From an uncultured Acidobacteriota bacterium (lineage in GTDB: Bacteria; Acidobacteriota; Thermoanaerobaculia; Multivoradales; SZUA-115), in assembly GCA_963805975.1 (NCBI GenBank), contig CAWDVR010000001.1, positions 758,106-822,105 on the forward strand: a DNA stretch of 64,000 bases. The letters run 5' to 3'. The notes beneath the pieces are model-generated. The model was given only the letters and a program-made list of their open reading frames with translations, did no database searches and was not told the origin of the DNA. Shown one piece after another: positions 29,003 to 38,859 of this stretch (the first letter of the stretch is position 1; every line of letters starts with the position of its first letter). The position numbers and the translations under genes were made by a program.

Positions 29003-30589
29003 ATGCCCCGCCCCGAAGCCGTAGACCTCGAGCTCTTCACCCACCGATTCGCCGCCGTGGCGCGCGAGATGGGGGAGATGCTGCGGCGCACGGCGCTGTC
29101 GGTGAACGTCAAGGAGCGTCTGGACTTCTCCTGCGCGGTGCTCGACGCGGCCGGCCGGCTGGTGGTGAACGCGCCGCACATCCCCGTGCATCTCGGGGCC
29201 CTGGGCCTCTGCGTGCGGAAGGTACGGGAGGCGCTGCCGCTCGGGCCCGGGGACGTGGTGGTGACCAACCACCCGGCGTACGGGGGCTCGCACCTGCCGG
29301 ACGTGACGGTGGTCACGCCGGTCCATCTGCCGGGTGCCGTCCACCTGCCGGATACGGGCGCGCTGCTGGGCTACGTGGCGAGCCGCGCACACCACGCGGA
29401 GATCGGCGGCGCGCGGCCGGGCTCGATGCCGCCCGCCGCCACCTGCCTGGCGGAGGAGGGCGTGGTGATCCCGCCGATGTACCTGCTGCGCGGCGGCGTG
29501 CCGGCGTGGGGCGAGATCGAAGCACGGCTCGCCGCACCGCCCTTCCCCTCGCGTGCGGTTGCAGAGAACCTGGCGGACTTGGCGGCGGCGGTGGCCGCGA
29601 ACCACCGTGGCGCCGCGGAGCTCGGGGCCCTCGCTGCCGCGCACGGCGCCGGCACGGTCGCGCATTTCATGACCGCCCTGGCGGAGCGCGCCGCCGACCG
29701 GGCCCGAGCGGCCCTCGGCCGCCTGCCCGAGGGCGAGCACCGGGCGGAGGAGCGGCTGGACGACGGCTCGCCGATCCGTGTCCGCATCGCCGTCAGCGAA
29801 GGCCGAGCGGTGATCGACTTCACGGGCACTTCCGGCGCCCATCCCGGCAACCTCAACGCGCCTCCGGCCGTGACCCGGAGCGCCGTGCTCTACGTGCTGC
29901 GGCTGCTGGTGGGCCAATCCGTACCGTCGAGCTCGCTGCCGTTGAACGAGGGCCTGCTCGAGCCGGTGGAGCTGATCCTCCCTCCCGGCCTGCTCAACCC
30001 GGACTTCCCGGCGGATCCGGCCGCGGCTCCGGCGGTGGTGGGCGGCAACGTCGAGACCAGCCAGCGGGTGGTGGACACGCTGCTCAAGGCCCTCGGCCTC
30101 GCCGCCTGCAGCCAGGGCACGATGAACAACGTGCTCTTCGGCAACCCCGGCTTCGGCTACTACGAGACGGTGGCGGGCGGCTGCGGCGCGACCGAGGGCT
30201 TCGACGGTGCCTCGGCCGTCCACAGCCACATGACCAACACCCGAATCACCGACCCGGAGGTGCTCGAGCTGCGCTACCCGGTGCGCCTGGAGCGGTTCGC
30301 GGTGCGCCGCGGCTCGGGAGGGCGCGGGCGCTTCCGCGGTGGCGATGGCGCCGTCCGCGAGTACACCTTCCTCGAGCCGGTCTCGCTCTCGATCCTCTCC
30401 CAGCACCGCAACGAAGGCCCCTACGGCGCCGACGGCGGCGAGCCTGGGGCGCCGGGCCGTCAGCGCGTGGTGCGCACGGACGGCGAGGTGGTGGAGCTCG
30501 CCGCGATCACGGCGTACGACGCCGAGGTCGGTGATCGGCTGCTCCTCGAAACACCGGGCGGAGGGGGATGGGGCAGCGAAAGGGGATAA
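29003..30589 (+). CDS. hyuB: hydantoinase/oxoprolinase family protein, B subunit (HyuB-like)
   Basis: 528 aa. The N-terminal half carries Hydantoinase_B family motifs, including [22 protein letters not shown]. Confidence 0.8.
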   Translation: MPRPEAVDLELFTHRFAAVAREMGEMLRRTALSVNVKERLDFSCAVLDAAGRLVVNAPHIPVHLGALGLCVRKVREALPLGPGDVVVTNHPAYGGSHLPDVTVVTPVHLPGAVHLPDTGALLGYVASRAHHAEIGGARPGSMPPAATCLAEEGVVIPPMYLLRGGVPAWGEIEARLAAPPFPSRAVAENLADLAAAVAANHRGAAELGALAAAHGAGTVAHFMTALAERAADRARAALGRLPEGEHRAEERLDDGSPIRVRIAVSEGRAVIDFTGTSGAHPGNLNAPPAVTRSAVLYVLRLLVGQSVPSSSLPLNEGLLEPVELILPPGLLNPDFPADPAAAPAVVGGNVETSQRVVDTLLKALGLAACSQGTMNNVLFGNPGFGYYETVAGGCGATEGFDGASAVHSHMTNTRITDPEVLELRYPVRLERFAVRRGSGGRGRFRGGDGAVREYTFLEPVSLSILSQHRNEGPYGADGGEPGAPGRQRVVRTDGEVVELAAITAYDAEVGDRLLLETPGGGGWGSERG

Positions 30590-30616
30590 ACTTTCGCCAC
30601 GGTTCTCGTATCCATC

Positions 30617-31234
30617 CTGGGCAAGGAGGCCACCATCCTCACCATCGCGTACCTCGCGTTGACGGTCTTCGGCTGCGGCTACGTGCTGGTCTCGTTGCTG
30701 CTGGGCCACGGAGATTTCGGTCACGAGGGTGACCATGCCGGGGGCCTGCACGAGGTGCACGTGGACTACGGCGTGAACCACACCGGCCACGGCACGGCCG
30801 AAGCCGGGCACGGCTTCTCGGACTTCCATTTTCCGTTCTTCTCGCCGCTGGCGCTGGCCACCCTCCTGGGCTCGGTCGGTGCCTTCGGCCTCATCACCCG
30901 CCACGGGCTCGGGGTGTCGGAAGGCTGGAGCCTCGCCCTCGCCCTGCCCGCGGCGCTCGCCACCACCTACGTCATCACCTACGCCGGCTGGCGGCTGGCC
31001 TCGGGCTCGCGGGGCACCAGCCAGATCTCGCCACGGGATCTCGAAGGAGCGGCCGGCGAGGTCATCACGCCGATCCCGGCGGGTGGGGTGGGAGAGGTGG
31101 CGGCGATGGTCGGCGGCCAGCGCTTTGCCAGCGCGGCGCGCGAGGAGCACGGGCGCGAGGTGCCGCGCGGCGCTCGGGTGACGGTCAAGTCGATGGTTGG
31201 GACCACGCTTCTGGTGAGCAAAGGGGAGAGTTGA
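30617..31234 (+). CDS. NfeD-family membrane protein (short form, C-terminal OB-fold)
   Basis: N-terminal TM helices, a His-rich loop, and a C-terminal OB-like segment (GEVITPIPAGGVGEVAAMVGGQRF...RVTVKSMVGTTLLV). The start is uncertain: CTG at 30617, or TTG at 30659 as in the ORF table. Confidence 0.6.
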   Translation: MGKEATILTIAYLALTVFGCGYVLVSLLLGHGDFGHEGDHAGGLHEVHVDYGVNHTGHGTAEAGHGFSDFHFPFFSPLALATLLGSVGAFGLITRHGLGVSEGWSLALALPAALATTYVITYAGWRLASGSRGTSQISPRDLEGAAGEVITPIPAGGVGEVAAMVGGQRFASAAREEHGREVPRGARVTVKSMVGTTLLVSKGES

Positions 31235-31235
31235 G

Positions 31236-32765
31236 ATGCAATTCAGCACCGCCACGCTGTTGCTCTGGGGCGCGGGAGCGCTCGGAGTCCTGATCCTCGG
31301 CTATGTGCTCGCCTACCTCGCCTTTCTCAAGAAGGTGGGGCCGAACGAGGTGCTGGTGGTCTCCGGCCGCGGCAAGGTCAAGTTCATCACCGGCGGCGCC
31401 GACATGGTGATCCCGCTCTTCCACACCTGGAACACTCTCTCGCTCCAGGTGATGACCCTCGACGTCACCACCCCCGAGGTCTACACCTCGCAGGGCGTGC
31501 CGATCCTGGTGGACGGCGTGGCGCAGATCAAGGTGAGGAAGGACGAGGCTTCCCTGCACTCCGCGGCCGAGCGCTTCCTGGGCAAGAAGCCCGAGGAGAT
31601 CGCCCGCATCGCGCTCGAGACGGTGCAGGGTCACCTGCGCGCCATCCTCGGCACGCTGTCGGTCGAGGACATCTACAAGAACCGCGACCAGTTCGCCCAG
31701 AAGGTGCAGGAGATCTCGGCCGGCGACCTGGCCAACATGGGCCTGGGGATCGACTCCTTCACTATCCGCGACATCCGCGACAAGCACGGCTACCTCGAGG
31801 CCCTGGGCAAGCCGCGCATCGCCGAGGTCAAGCGCAACGCGGCGATCGCCGAGGCGCAGGCCAACCGCGATGCGTCGATCGCCCAGGCCGACGCCGAGCG
31901 CGAGACCCGCCAGCGCCAGGCCGAGGCCCAGAAACTGTCGCAGGAGGCCGAGGCCATGCGCGACGCGGCGGTGGCCGAGGCCAACGCCGACCGGGCGCGG
32001 CGCCAGGCCGAGGCCGACGCCTCCGCCTACCGCGCCGCCGAGGTGGCGAACCAGCAGGCGTCCGAGGCCATCGCCGACCAGCAGCGGACCGCCAACCTGA
32101 AGAAGGCCAACGCGGACATGGCCTACGAGCTGCAGAAGAAGACGATCGAGATCCAGGTCCAGGAGCAGGAGATCCAACGCCGCGAGAAGGAGCTCGACGC
32201 CACCATCCGGCGCCAGGCGGACGCCAAGCGCTACGAGATCGAGACCCTGGCCGAGGCCGACCGCAAGCGCATCGAGACCCAGGCGCAGGCCGAGAAGAAC
32301 CGGCTGGTGACAGTGGCCGACGGCGAGAAGGCGCGCGGCTTCGCGGCGGCCGAGGTGCAGGCGCGGCAGGGCCAGGCCGAGGCCGCGGCCCGGCAGGCTG
32401 TGGGCCTGGCCGAGGCCGAGGCGAAAAAGGCCCAGGGCTTGGCCGAGGCTCTGGCGATGGAGAAGAAGGCCGAGGCCTGGCAGAAGTACAACGAGGCGGC
32501 GGTGATGCAGATCCTGGCGCCGCTGCTCCCCGAGATCGCCCGCGCCGTGGCCGAGCCGCTGACCAAGGTGGACCGCATCACGCTGGTCAACACCGGCGGC
32601 GGCGAGGTCGGCGTCTCGCGCATCACCGGCGAGGTGGCCAAGATCATCGCCCAGGTGCCGCCGGTGCTCGAGTCGCTGACCGGCATCAAGCTCGAGGACT
32701 TGGTGAAGGGGCTCAAACCGGGTGGCGGGGGCGCGAGCCCGAAGCCCGAGACGACCGAGCCCTGA
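31236..32765 (+). CDS. flotillin / SPFH (band 7) domain protein
   Basis: 509 aa. N-terminal TM, SPFH domain, then a long Ala/Glu/Gln-rich coiled coil; classic partner of NfeD. Confidence 0.85.
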   Translation: MQFSTATLLLWGAGALGVLILGYVLAYLAFLKKVGPNEVLVVSGRGKVKFITGGADMVIPLFHTWNTLSLQVMTLDVTTPEVYTSQGVPILVDGVAQIKVRKDEASLHSAAERFLGKKPEEIARIALETVQGHLRAILGTLSVEDIYKNRDQFAQKVQEISAGDLANMGLGIDSFTIRDIRDKHGYLEALGKPRIAEVKRNAAIAEAQANRDASIAQADAERETRQRQAEAQKLSQEAEAMRDAAVAEANADRARRQAEADASAYRAAEVANQQASEAIADQQRTANLKKANADMAYELQKKTIEIQVQEQEIQRREKELDATIRRQADAKRYEIETLAEADRKRIETQAQAEKNRLVTVADGEKARGFAAAEVQARQGQAEAAARQAVGLAEAEAKKAQGLAEALAMEKKAEAWQKYNEAAVMQILAPLLPEIARAVAEPLTKVDRITLVNTGGGEVGVSRITGEVAKIIAQVPPVLESLTGIKLEDLVKGLKPGGGGASPKPETTEP

Positions 32766-32780
32766 TCCGCGCGAAAGCTG

Positions 32781-32865
32781 CCCTCACCCCGCCCCCTCGC
32801 CCAGCAGACCCTGCCGTTCTCCGGTCCCCTCTCCCGCTCGCGGGAGAGGGCAGGGGAGGGTACCC
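32781..32865. repeat. second copy of the GC-rich palindromic REP-like element seen at 23571..23697
   Basis: CCCTCACCCC ... GGTCCCCTCTCCCGCTCGCGGGAGAGGGCAGGGGAGGG, directly after the flotillin stop codon. Confidence 0.45.
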
Positions 32866-32966
32866 CAAGCTCGCCGTGCACTCGCGCCCTCCTTCCGATA
32901 GAATGATGCAAATTTACTGCTAGTTCTTCGGCAAGCGTTCGCTCGCTGAAATGAAGGGAGGTTCCC

Positions 32967-33650
32967 ATGGCATCCCGTCGGTTGCTGGTGATCGGTGCTT
33001 GGTCCCTCAGTGCAGTGATGGTTCTGGGTCTCGTGGCGCTCCCGGTCAGCGCCCAGGAGACGACGGTGAAGAACGACTCGGTGAGCGACTTCGAGCAGGT
33101 CGCCATCCAGGCCGGCTTTGCCGCCAACGAGCGCGCCGCCGTCTGGCTGACCTCGCCCTGCGACGGCAAGCTGGTGGCCGTGCAGATCCTCTGGCGCTCC
33201 CTTTTCGGCGGCACCGGCGACACCCTCGGCGAGTCGATCCTCATCCAGGAGGCGGGCACGTTCCCGACTCCCGGTACGACGCTCTCCACCCTTTCCGGGC
33301 CGCTCCTCACGGACGGATTCCTGAACGAGTACCGCTTCCTGGACCAGGGCGGCACCGTGCCGCTCTCCGTGCCGCTGGCCCTGGACCAGGTCTTCGTGGT
33401 CTCGTTCCGCTTCCTCACAGCGACGCCCGGCCTCGGCCCCAGCCTGGTCACCGACGTCGACGGCTGCCAGGCGGGCAAGAACGCCATCTTCGCCATCCCG
33501 CCTTCGACCTGGTTCTCGGCCTGCTCACTCGGCGTGTCCGGGGACTTCGTGATGCGGGCCGTGGTGGACTGCAGCGTGGTGGAGGAGGAGATCTTCTCCG
33601 ACGACTTCGAGACCGGCGACACGTCGCTCTGGACGGTCACCGTTCCTTAG
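32967..33650 (+). CDS. secreted hypothetical protein (227 aa) ending in the shared C-terminal tail
   Basis: GGGAGG then ATG; signal peptide. The C-terminus ends ...EEEIFSDDFETGDTSLWTVTVP. Confidence 0.55.
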   Translation: MASRRLLVIGAWSLSAVMVLGLVALPVSAQETTVKNDSVSDFEQVAIQAGFAANERAAVWLTSPCDGKLVAVQILWRSLFGGTGDTLGESILIQEAGTFPTPGTTLSTLSGPLLTDGFLNEYRFLDQGGTVPLSVPLALDQVFVVSFRFLTATPGLGPSLVTDVDGCQAGKNAIFAIPPSTWFSACSLGVSGDFVMRAVVDCSVVEEEIFSDDFETGDTSLWTVTVP

Positions 33651-33761
33651 CGACCTCCGCCTCGGTTCCAGCGGGCTCCTTGTAAGGTTTCCTCCGCTTC
33701 CGGGACTACCAGGACAGGCGGGCGGTGAATCACCGCCGCCCGCGGCCCTGGGAGGCCTGGG

Positions 33762-35240
33762 ATGGCTCGTTCTCCCGCGTTCCGACGCGTTCTGCTCTTC
33801 GCCGGCCTCGCGCTAGCCTCTTCGATCTGGGCGGCAGCCAGTGCGGCGGAGCCCGCTCGCTCGCTCCAGCTCTCTCCCTGCCACCTCGACGGCCTCGACC
33901 AGGAGGTGCGCTGCGGCGTGCTCGAGGTGGCGGAGGATCGCGCGGCGGCCGGCGCGGGGCGTCGGCTTTCCATCCACGTCGCCGTGATGCCGGCGCGGCG
34001 GCGCGACGCCGAGGCCGATCCGCTCTTTTTGCTGGCCGGCGGGCCGGGGCAGGGAGCGCAGACCTTCGCGCCCCTCCTCGAGCCCTTCTTTCGCGAGGTG
34101 CTGCGCCGGCGGGACATCGTGCTCGTGGACCAGCGCGGCACCGGGGACTCGAGCCCGCTCGCCTGCGCGTCTCCGGCCGACGAGCTGGCGGGCCTGGCGG
34201 GCGGCGCGATCCTCGAGACCGATGTCGCCGCCTGCCGCGCCAAGCTCGATGCGGACGTGCGGTTCTACGCCTCCGAGCCCGCCATGCGCGACCTCGACCA
34301 GGTCCGCGCGGCCCTGGGCTACGAGCGCATCAATCTCTGGGGCGGCTCCTACGGCACCCGCGCCGCCCTGGTCTATGCGCGCCTCTTTCCCAGCCGGGTG
34401 CGCACCGTCGTGCTCGATGGCGCCGCGCCCTTCGAGCTGCGCTTCCCGCTCTCCATGGCGGCAGACAGCCAGCGCGCGCTCGACCGCCTGCTCGCGGCCT
34501 GCGCGGCCGAGGCCGCGTGCCGCGCCGCCTACCCGCGGCTCAGCCCGGACCTCGACGAGCTGCTGGCCCACCTGGCCAAGAGACCGGCACGGGTCTCGGT
34601 CCGCCATCCGCGAACCGGGATCGCGCAGACCGTCGAGATCGGCCGCGACGCCTTCGCCGCCGGCCTGCGCGGCGGCCTCTATTCGCCCGGCCAGCAGAGC
34701 CTTCTCCCGCTGGTCATCGAACGGGCGACGCAGGGGGACTTCGAGCCCTGGGCCACGATGCAGCTCGCGACGGCGGCCTGGTCGCGGGACACCATGGCGC
34801 TCGGCGTCACGCTCTCCGTGCTCTGCACCGAGGATCTCTCCCGCGTCCGCGAGGCGGAGATCGAGAGCGCCAGCGCGCGCTCGTTCCTCGGCACGCTGGA
34901 GATGGAGGGCTGGCGCCAGTGGTGCGGGGCTTGGCCGGCGGGAGAGCTCGATCCCCGGCTCCTCGAGGCGCCGCCCGTGGCCGTGCCGGCGCTGGTCCTC
35001 TCGGGCGACCTCGACCCGGTGACGCCGCCGCGCTGGGGCGAGGTGATGGCCCGGCACTTCACTCCGCACCGGCACCTGGTGGTGCCCGGAGCGGGCCACA
35101 ACGTTTCCTTTTCCGGCTGCCTGCCGGAGCTGATCGCGGAGTTCATCGCGCGCGGCAGCGCGGACGGCCTGGATGCCGCCTGCGTCGAAGCCGTCCGCCG
35201 CCCGCCGTTCGTGCTCGACAGCGCCGGCACCGCGCCCTGA
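33762..35240 (+). CDS. secreted alpha/beta hydrolase (TAP/proline-iminopeptidase-like)
   Basis: Signal peptide; LFLLAGGPGQG oxyanion region; nucleophile GGSYG; 492 aa. Confidence 0.7.
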   Translation: MARSPAFRRVLLFAGLALASSIWAAASAAEPARSLQLSPCHLDGLDQEVRCGVLEVAEDRAAAGAGRRLSIHVAVMPARRRDAEADPLFLLAGGPGQGAQTFAPLLEPFFREVLRRRDIVLVDQRGTGDSSPLACASPADELAGLAGGAILETDVAACRAKLDADVRFYASEPAMRDLDQVRAALGYERINLWGGSYGTRAALVYARLFPSRVRTVVLDGAAPFELRFPLSMAADSQRALDRLLAACAAEAACRAAYPRLSPDLDELLAHLAKRPARVSVRHPRTGIAQTVEIGRDAFAAGLRGGLYSPGQQSLLPLVIERATQGDFEPWATMQLATAAWSRDTMALGVTLSVLCTEDLSRVREAEIESASARSFLGTLEMEGWRQWCGAWPAGELDPRLLEAPPVAVPALVLSGDLDPVTPPRWGEVMARHFTPHRHLVVPGAGHNVSFSGCLPELIAEFIARGSADGLDAACVEAVRRPPFVLDSAGTAP

Positions 35241-35254
35241 AGGGAGAGCAACCG

Positions 35255-35985
35255 ATGATCGAAGCACGGCAGCTCCACAAGCGCTTTGGTTCTTTGACCG
35301 CCGTCGAGGAGGTCAGCTTCCAGGCGGATGACGGCCGCATCACCGGCCTCCTGGGCCCCAACGGCGCGGGCAAGACGACCTCGATCCGCATGCTCACCGG
35401 GCTGCTGCGGCCGGACCGCGGCAGCGCCACCGTCGGCGGCGTGGACGTGGCCCGCGAGCCGGAGGCCGCGCGGCGCAAGCTCGGCGTCCTGCCCGACGCG
35501 CCGGGCCTCTACGCGCGGCTCACGGCCCGCGAGCACCTCGTCTACGCCGGCCGCCTGCAAGGCCTCGCCGGCCGTGACCTCGAGCGCTCGGTGGACGGCC
35601 TCATCGAGCGGCTCGGCATGCAGGGCATCGCCGGCCGCCGCGCCGCCGGCTTCTCCCAAGGCGAGCGGCGCAAGGTGGCGCTCGCCCGCACCCTGGTCCA
35701 CGACCCGCAGCACGTGCTGCTCGACGAGCCCACCAACGGGCTCGACGTGGTGGCCGCCCGTGCCGTGCGGCAGGAGATTCGCGGCCTGGCCGAGGCCGGC
35801 CGCTGCGTGGTGTTCTCGAGCCACGTGATGTCCGAGGTCGCCGCGCTCTGCGACCGCATCGTGATCGTGGCGCGGGGGCGCGTCGTGGCCGCCGGCACGG
35901 TCTCCGAGCTCAAGGCCAGGGCCGGGCGCGAGGATCTCGAAGACGCTTTCATCCAACTGATCGGCGACGGGGAGGGACTCCAGTG
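35255..35985 (+). CDS. ABC transporter ATP-binding protein
   Basis: Walker A GPNGAGKTT; signature FSQGERRKVALA; Walker B LLDEPTNGLD. Confidence 0.85.
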
Positions 35986-37152
35986 ATGCGCGCACCCATG
36001 TTCGTCGTCTTCGCCAAGGAGCTCAAGGACGGCCTGCGCGACCGGCGCTCGCTCACCTCGGCGTTCCTGTACTCGTTCTTCGGCCCGCTGGTGCTGAGCT
36101 TCGCTCTGCTGGCGGTGGGCCGCCAGGCAGACGAGCGAGGCCCGCTGCCGCTGCCGGTGGCCGGCGCGGAGCACGCTCCCGGCCTGGTGCTCTTTCTCGA
36201 GCAGCACGGCGCCGTGGTCGAGCCCGCGCCGGCGGATGCCCCTGCCGCGGTGCGCTCCGGCCAGGCAGCCGCGGTGCTGCGCCTGCCCTCGGGCTACGGT
36301 GAGGACTTCCGCAGCGCCAGGAGCGCAGAGGTCGAGCTGCTCTTCGACTCGGGGGCGCGCCAGAGCCGCGCACGGGCCGAGCGGGTGGCCGGGCTGGTGG
36401 AGCGCTACGGTGCGGAGACGGCCCGCCAGCGCCTGCTGGCCCGCGGCGTCTCGCCCGAGGTGATCCGGCCGCTGACCCTCCGCGAGCGCGACTACGCTGC
36501 GCCGGGGGCGAGGGCCGCCGCGACCCTCGACATGCTGCCCATGTTCCTGCTCGCCGCGGTGTTCATCACCTGCATGAGCGCGGCGATCGACGCCACGGCC
36601 GGCGAGCGCGAGCGGGGCTCGCTCGAATCGCTGCTCGTCCATCCCGTGCCGCGCTCCGCCTTCGCGTGGGGCAAATGGCTGGCCGCCGCCGTGCTGGCCG
36701 CCCTGGGGCTCGCGCTCACGCTCGCGGTATCGCGCGCCATGCTCGGCGCGGAGAAGATGCAGGCGCTCGACGTGGTACCCGGCCTCGACCGCGCCACGGT
36801 CACCGCGCTGCTGGCGGTGCTGCTGCCGGTCGCTCTCCTGGCGCCGGCCCTCCAGATGCTCATCGCGCTCTTCAGCCGCAGCTTCAAGGAGGCGCAGACC
36901 TATCTCTCCCTCTTCCTCTTCGTGCCCATGCTGCCCGGTTTCTTCTTCAGCTTCGGCAGCAGCGAGCCGGCGCGCTGGATGGAGTGGGCGCCGGTGGTCG
37001 GCCAGCAGTTGCTGGCTTCGAAGGTGCTGCGCGGCGAGCCGCTGGGTCTCGAGGCGGTGGGCCTGGCCGCGGCCACGGTGGCGGTGGCGGTGGTCTCGGC
37101 GACCGCCACCGGTTGGTTGCTGGGCCGCGAGCGCGTGGTGCTCGGACGGTAG
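35983..37152 (+). CDS. ABC-2 type transporter permease
   Basis: ATG overlaps the ATPase stop (TGATG). 389 aa with an N-terminal TM, a periplasmic loop and a C-terminal TM bundle. Confidence 0.7.
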   Translation: MMRAPMFVVFAKELKDGLRDRRSLTSAFLYSFFGPLVLSFALLAVGRQADERGPLPLPVAGAEHAPGLVLFLEQHGAVVEPAPADAPAAVRSGQAAAVLRLPSGYGEDFRSARSAEVELLFDSGARQSRARAERVAGLVERYGAETARQRLLARGVSPEVIRPLTLRERDYAAPGARAAATLDMLPMFLLAAVFITCMSAAIDATAGERERGSLESLLVHPVPRSAFAWGKWLAAAVLAALGLALTLAVSRAMLGAEKMQALDVVPGLDRATVTALLAVLLPVALLAPALQMLIALFSRSFKEAQTYLSLFLFVPMLPGFFFSFGSSEPARWMEWAPVVGQQLLASKVLRGEPLGLEAVGLAAATVAVAVVSATATGWLLGRERVVLGR

Positions 37153-37153
37153 G

Positions 37154-37720
37154 ATGGACGAGATCGTGGTCCTGGCCGGCTGGTTCCGCGCGGCTCGGCA
37201 TGAGGAGGAAGAGTTGCAGCGCGCTGCCGACGTGGAAGCCCGCCTGGCGGCGATCCTGGCCCGTGAGGGTCCCGCCCTCCGGCGCGTGGCTGCCTCCTAT
37301 GCCAGGGATGCGGCGCGGCGGGAGGATCTGTTCCAGGACATCTGCCTCGCCCTCTGGACCGCGCTGCCGCATTTCCGGGGCGAGTCTTCGGAGCGCACTT
37401 TCGTGTTCCGCATCGCGCACAACCGCGGCATCGCCGCCGCGGCCCGGCGCCGCGAGGTCACCGAGGATCTCACCGCGGCGGAAGAGGTGGCGGACGCCGG
37501 GCCCAACCCGGAGGCCGCCGCCGACCACCGCCAGCGCCGGGCGCAGTTGCAGGAGGCGGTGGCGGGCCTGCCGCTCGCCCTGCGCCAGGTCCTCACGCTG
37601 GCGCTCGAAGGCCTGTCGCACCGTGAGATCGGTGAGGTGATCGGTATCTCGGAAGGCAACGTCGCGGTGCGCCTGACGCGCGCCCGGAAGCAGCTCCAGG
37701 CAAGGCTCGGGAGGTCGTGA
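37154..37720 (+). CDS. ECF-family RNA polymerase sigma factor
   Basis: Region 2 (DLFQDICLALW ... FVFRIAHNR) and region 4 (LSHREIGEVIGISEGNVAVRLTRARKQL). Starts 1 nt after the permease stop. Confidence 0.8.
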   Translation: MDEIVVLAGWFRAARHEEEELQRAADVEARLAAILAREGPALRRVAASYARDAARREDLFQDICLALWTALPHFRGESSERTFVFRIAHNRGIAAAARRREVTEDLTAAEEVADAGPNPEAAADHRQRRAQLQEAVAGLPLALRQVLTLALEGLSHREIGEVIGISEGNVAVRLTRARKQLQARLGRS

Positions 37721-38334
37721 GCATGGCGATGAACGATCGTGAGCTCGAGAGCTGGCAGGCCGACTGGCGAGACGAGCCGCCGGGCGAGAGCCCGGCCCGA
37801 GCGATCGACATCGCGGCGATCTCGCGGCGGGTGCGGCGGCAAACCGTGGGCTTGGCAGTCCAACTGGCGGTGTCCGTCGCGCTCACCGTGGGCGGCCTCG
37901 CCGTGCTCGGCTGGGTGGCGGCGCGGGCCGCCAACGCCTGGGACTGGCTCCTCCTCGCCGGCTTCGCGGCGCTCTTCGGCCTCGCCCTCGCCTTCGAGGC
38001 CGGCAGCCTCCGCGGCCTCTGGCGGCCGGCAGCCGAGAGCACCTCCGACTTCCTGGACCTCTCGATCCGCCGTTGCCGGCGCCGCCTCAGAACCCTCCGT
38101 GCCGGCGCCTGGCTCCTCGCCGGCGAGTGGCTGCTCTTCCTGCCCTGGATTCACCTGCGATCGGTGGAGAAGGCCGGCCAGCCCGGCGGCGGCGCCGGCA
38201 CCTACCTCCTGGGCCTCGGTCTTCTCGTGGCCTTGAGCCTGGCCTGCGCCGCGGCCAGCACCTGGCTGGGCCGCCGCACCCGCCGCGAGCTGGCGGCATT
38301 GGAGGCGATGCAGCGGGGGTTGGAGGGTGAGTGA
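37717..38334 (+). CDS. putative membrane anti-sigma factor
   Basis: Overlaps the sigma-factor stop. Short cytoplasmic N-terminus followed by several TM helices. Assigned by position downstream of the ECF sigma. Confidence 0.5.
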   Translation: MSMAMNDRELESWQADWRDEPPGESPARAIDIAAISRRVRRQTVGLAVQLAVSVALTVGGLAVLGWVAARAANAWDWLLLAGFAALFGLALAFEAGSLRGLWRPAAESTSDFLDLSIRRCRRRLRTLRAGAWLLAGEWLLFLPWIHLRSVEKAGQPGGGAGTYLLGLGLLVALSLACAAASTWLGRRTRRELAALEAMQRGLEGE

Positions 38335-38394
38335 GAAGCCTGCGCAGCCACAGGTGCCTTATTTCATCCCGCGTCGCCCAGCGCTTTACTCAAC

Positions 38395-38550
38395 AGCTCA
38401 CCCAGCCCGGCTTTTTTCCGCGTCGTGCCGCATCTCTTCGATGTCCAGCTCGCCACGCCGCACCTTGAGAACACCAAGGTAAGGGACTTCAAGCTCGTCG
38501 AGAACCCGCACGACCTCCAGAGTGGCTCGGAGCGCGTCGGCGAGGGGCAC
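38395..38550 (-). CDS. possible small ORF (51 aa), MNT-like nucleotidyltransferase N-terminal fragment?
   Basis: GTG start overlaps the stop of the upstream 86-aa gene. Product VPLADALRATLEVVRVLDELEVPYLGVLKV... resembles the N-terminus of minimal nucleotidyltransferases but is far too short. Coordinates are approximate. Confidence 0.2.
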
Positions 38551-38551
38551 C

Positions 38552-38812
38552 TCAGTAGCCTTGGACCTCGGGATCCCAGCCGAAGCCGCGGATCATGGTC
38601 TCGCGGTCGAGCCAGAGCGCGGCCAAGCGGAGGCTGCGTTCCTGCTCCGAGATGCCGGCCCCGTACTTGGCGAGAATGCGAGCCAGCGCCAGCTGACGGG
38701 CCGCGCGATTCAGGTCCATCACGCGATCGAGCTTCTCGCGTGGGGTCATACGACGGTAGCCCTCGATCAGGATCGCCTCGACCTCGGGCGCCGTGTCGGA
38801 GAGCGGAAGCAT
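38552..38812 (-). CDS. hypothetical small protein (86 aa)
   Basis: ATG at MLPLSDTAPEVEAILIEGYRRMTPREKLDRVMDLN...; fills the gap between trmL and the anti-sigma gene. Confidence 0.45.
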   Translation of the reverse strand: MLPLSDTAPEVEAILIEGYRRMTPREKLDRVMDLNRAARQLALARILAKYGAGISEQERSLRLAALWLDRETMIRGFGWDPEVQGY

Positions 38813-38859
38813 GCCGGCAGTATAGCTTCCACCCCATGATGGGCCGCGAGGCGGCGGCC

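Noticed and set aside
32890-32966. AT-rich stretch with a TAGAAT hexamer upstream of the 227-aa secreted gene, as a sigma-70 promoter
   Set aside because: The -35 match is weak (TGCACT), so it is noted only within a finding, not as a feature.
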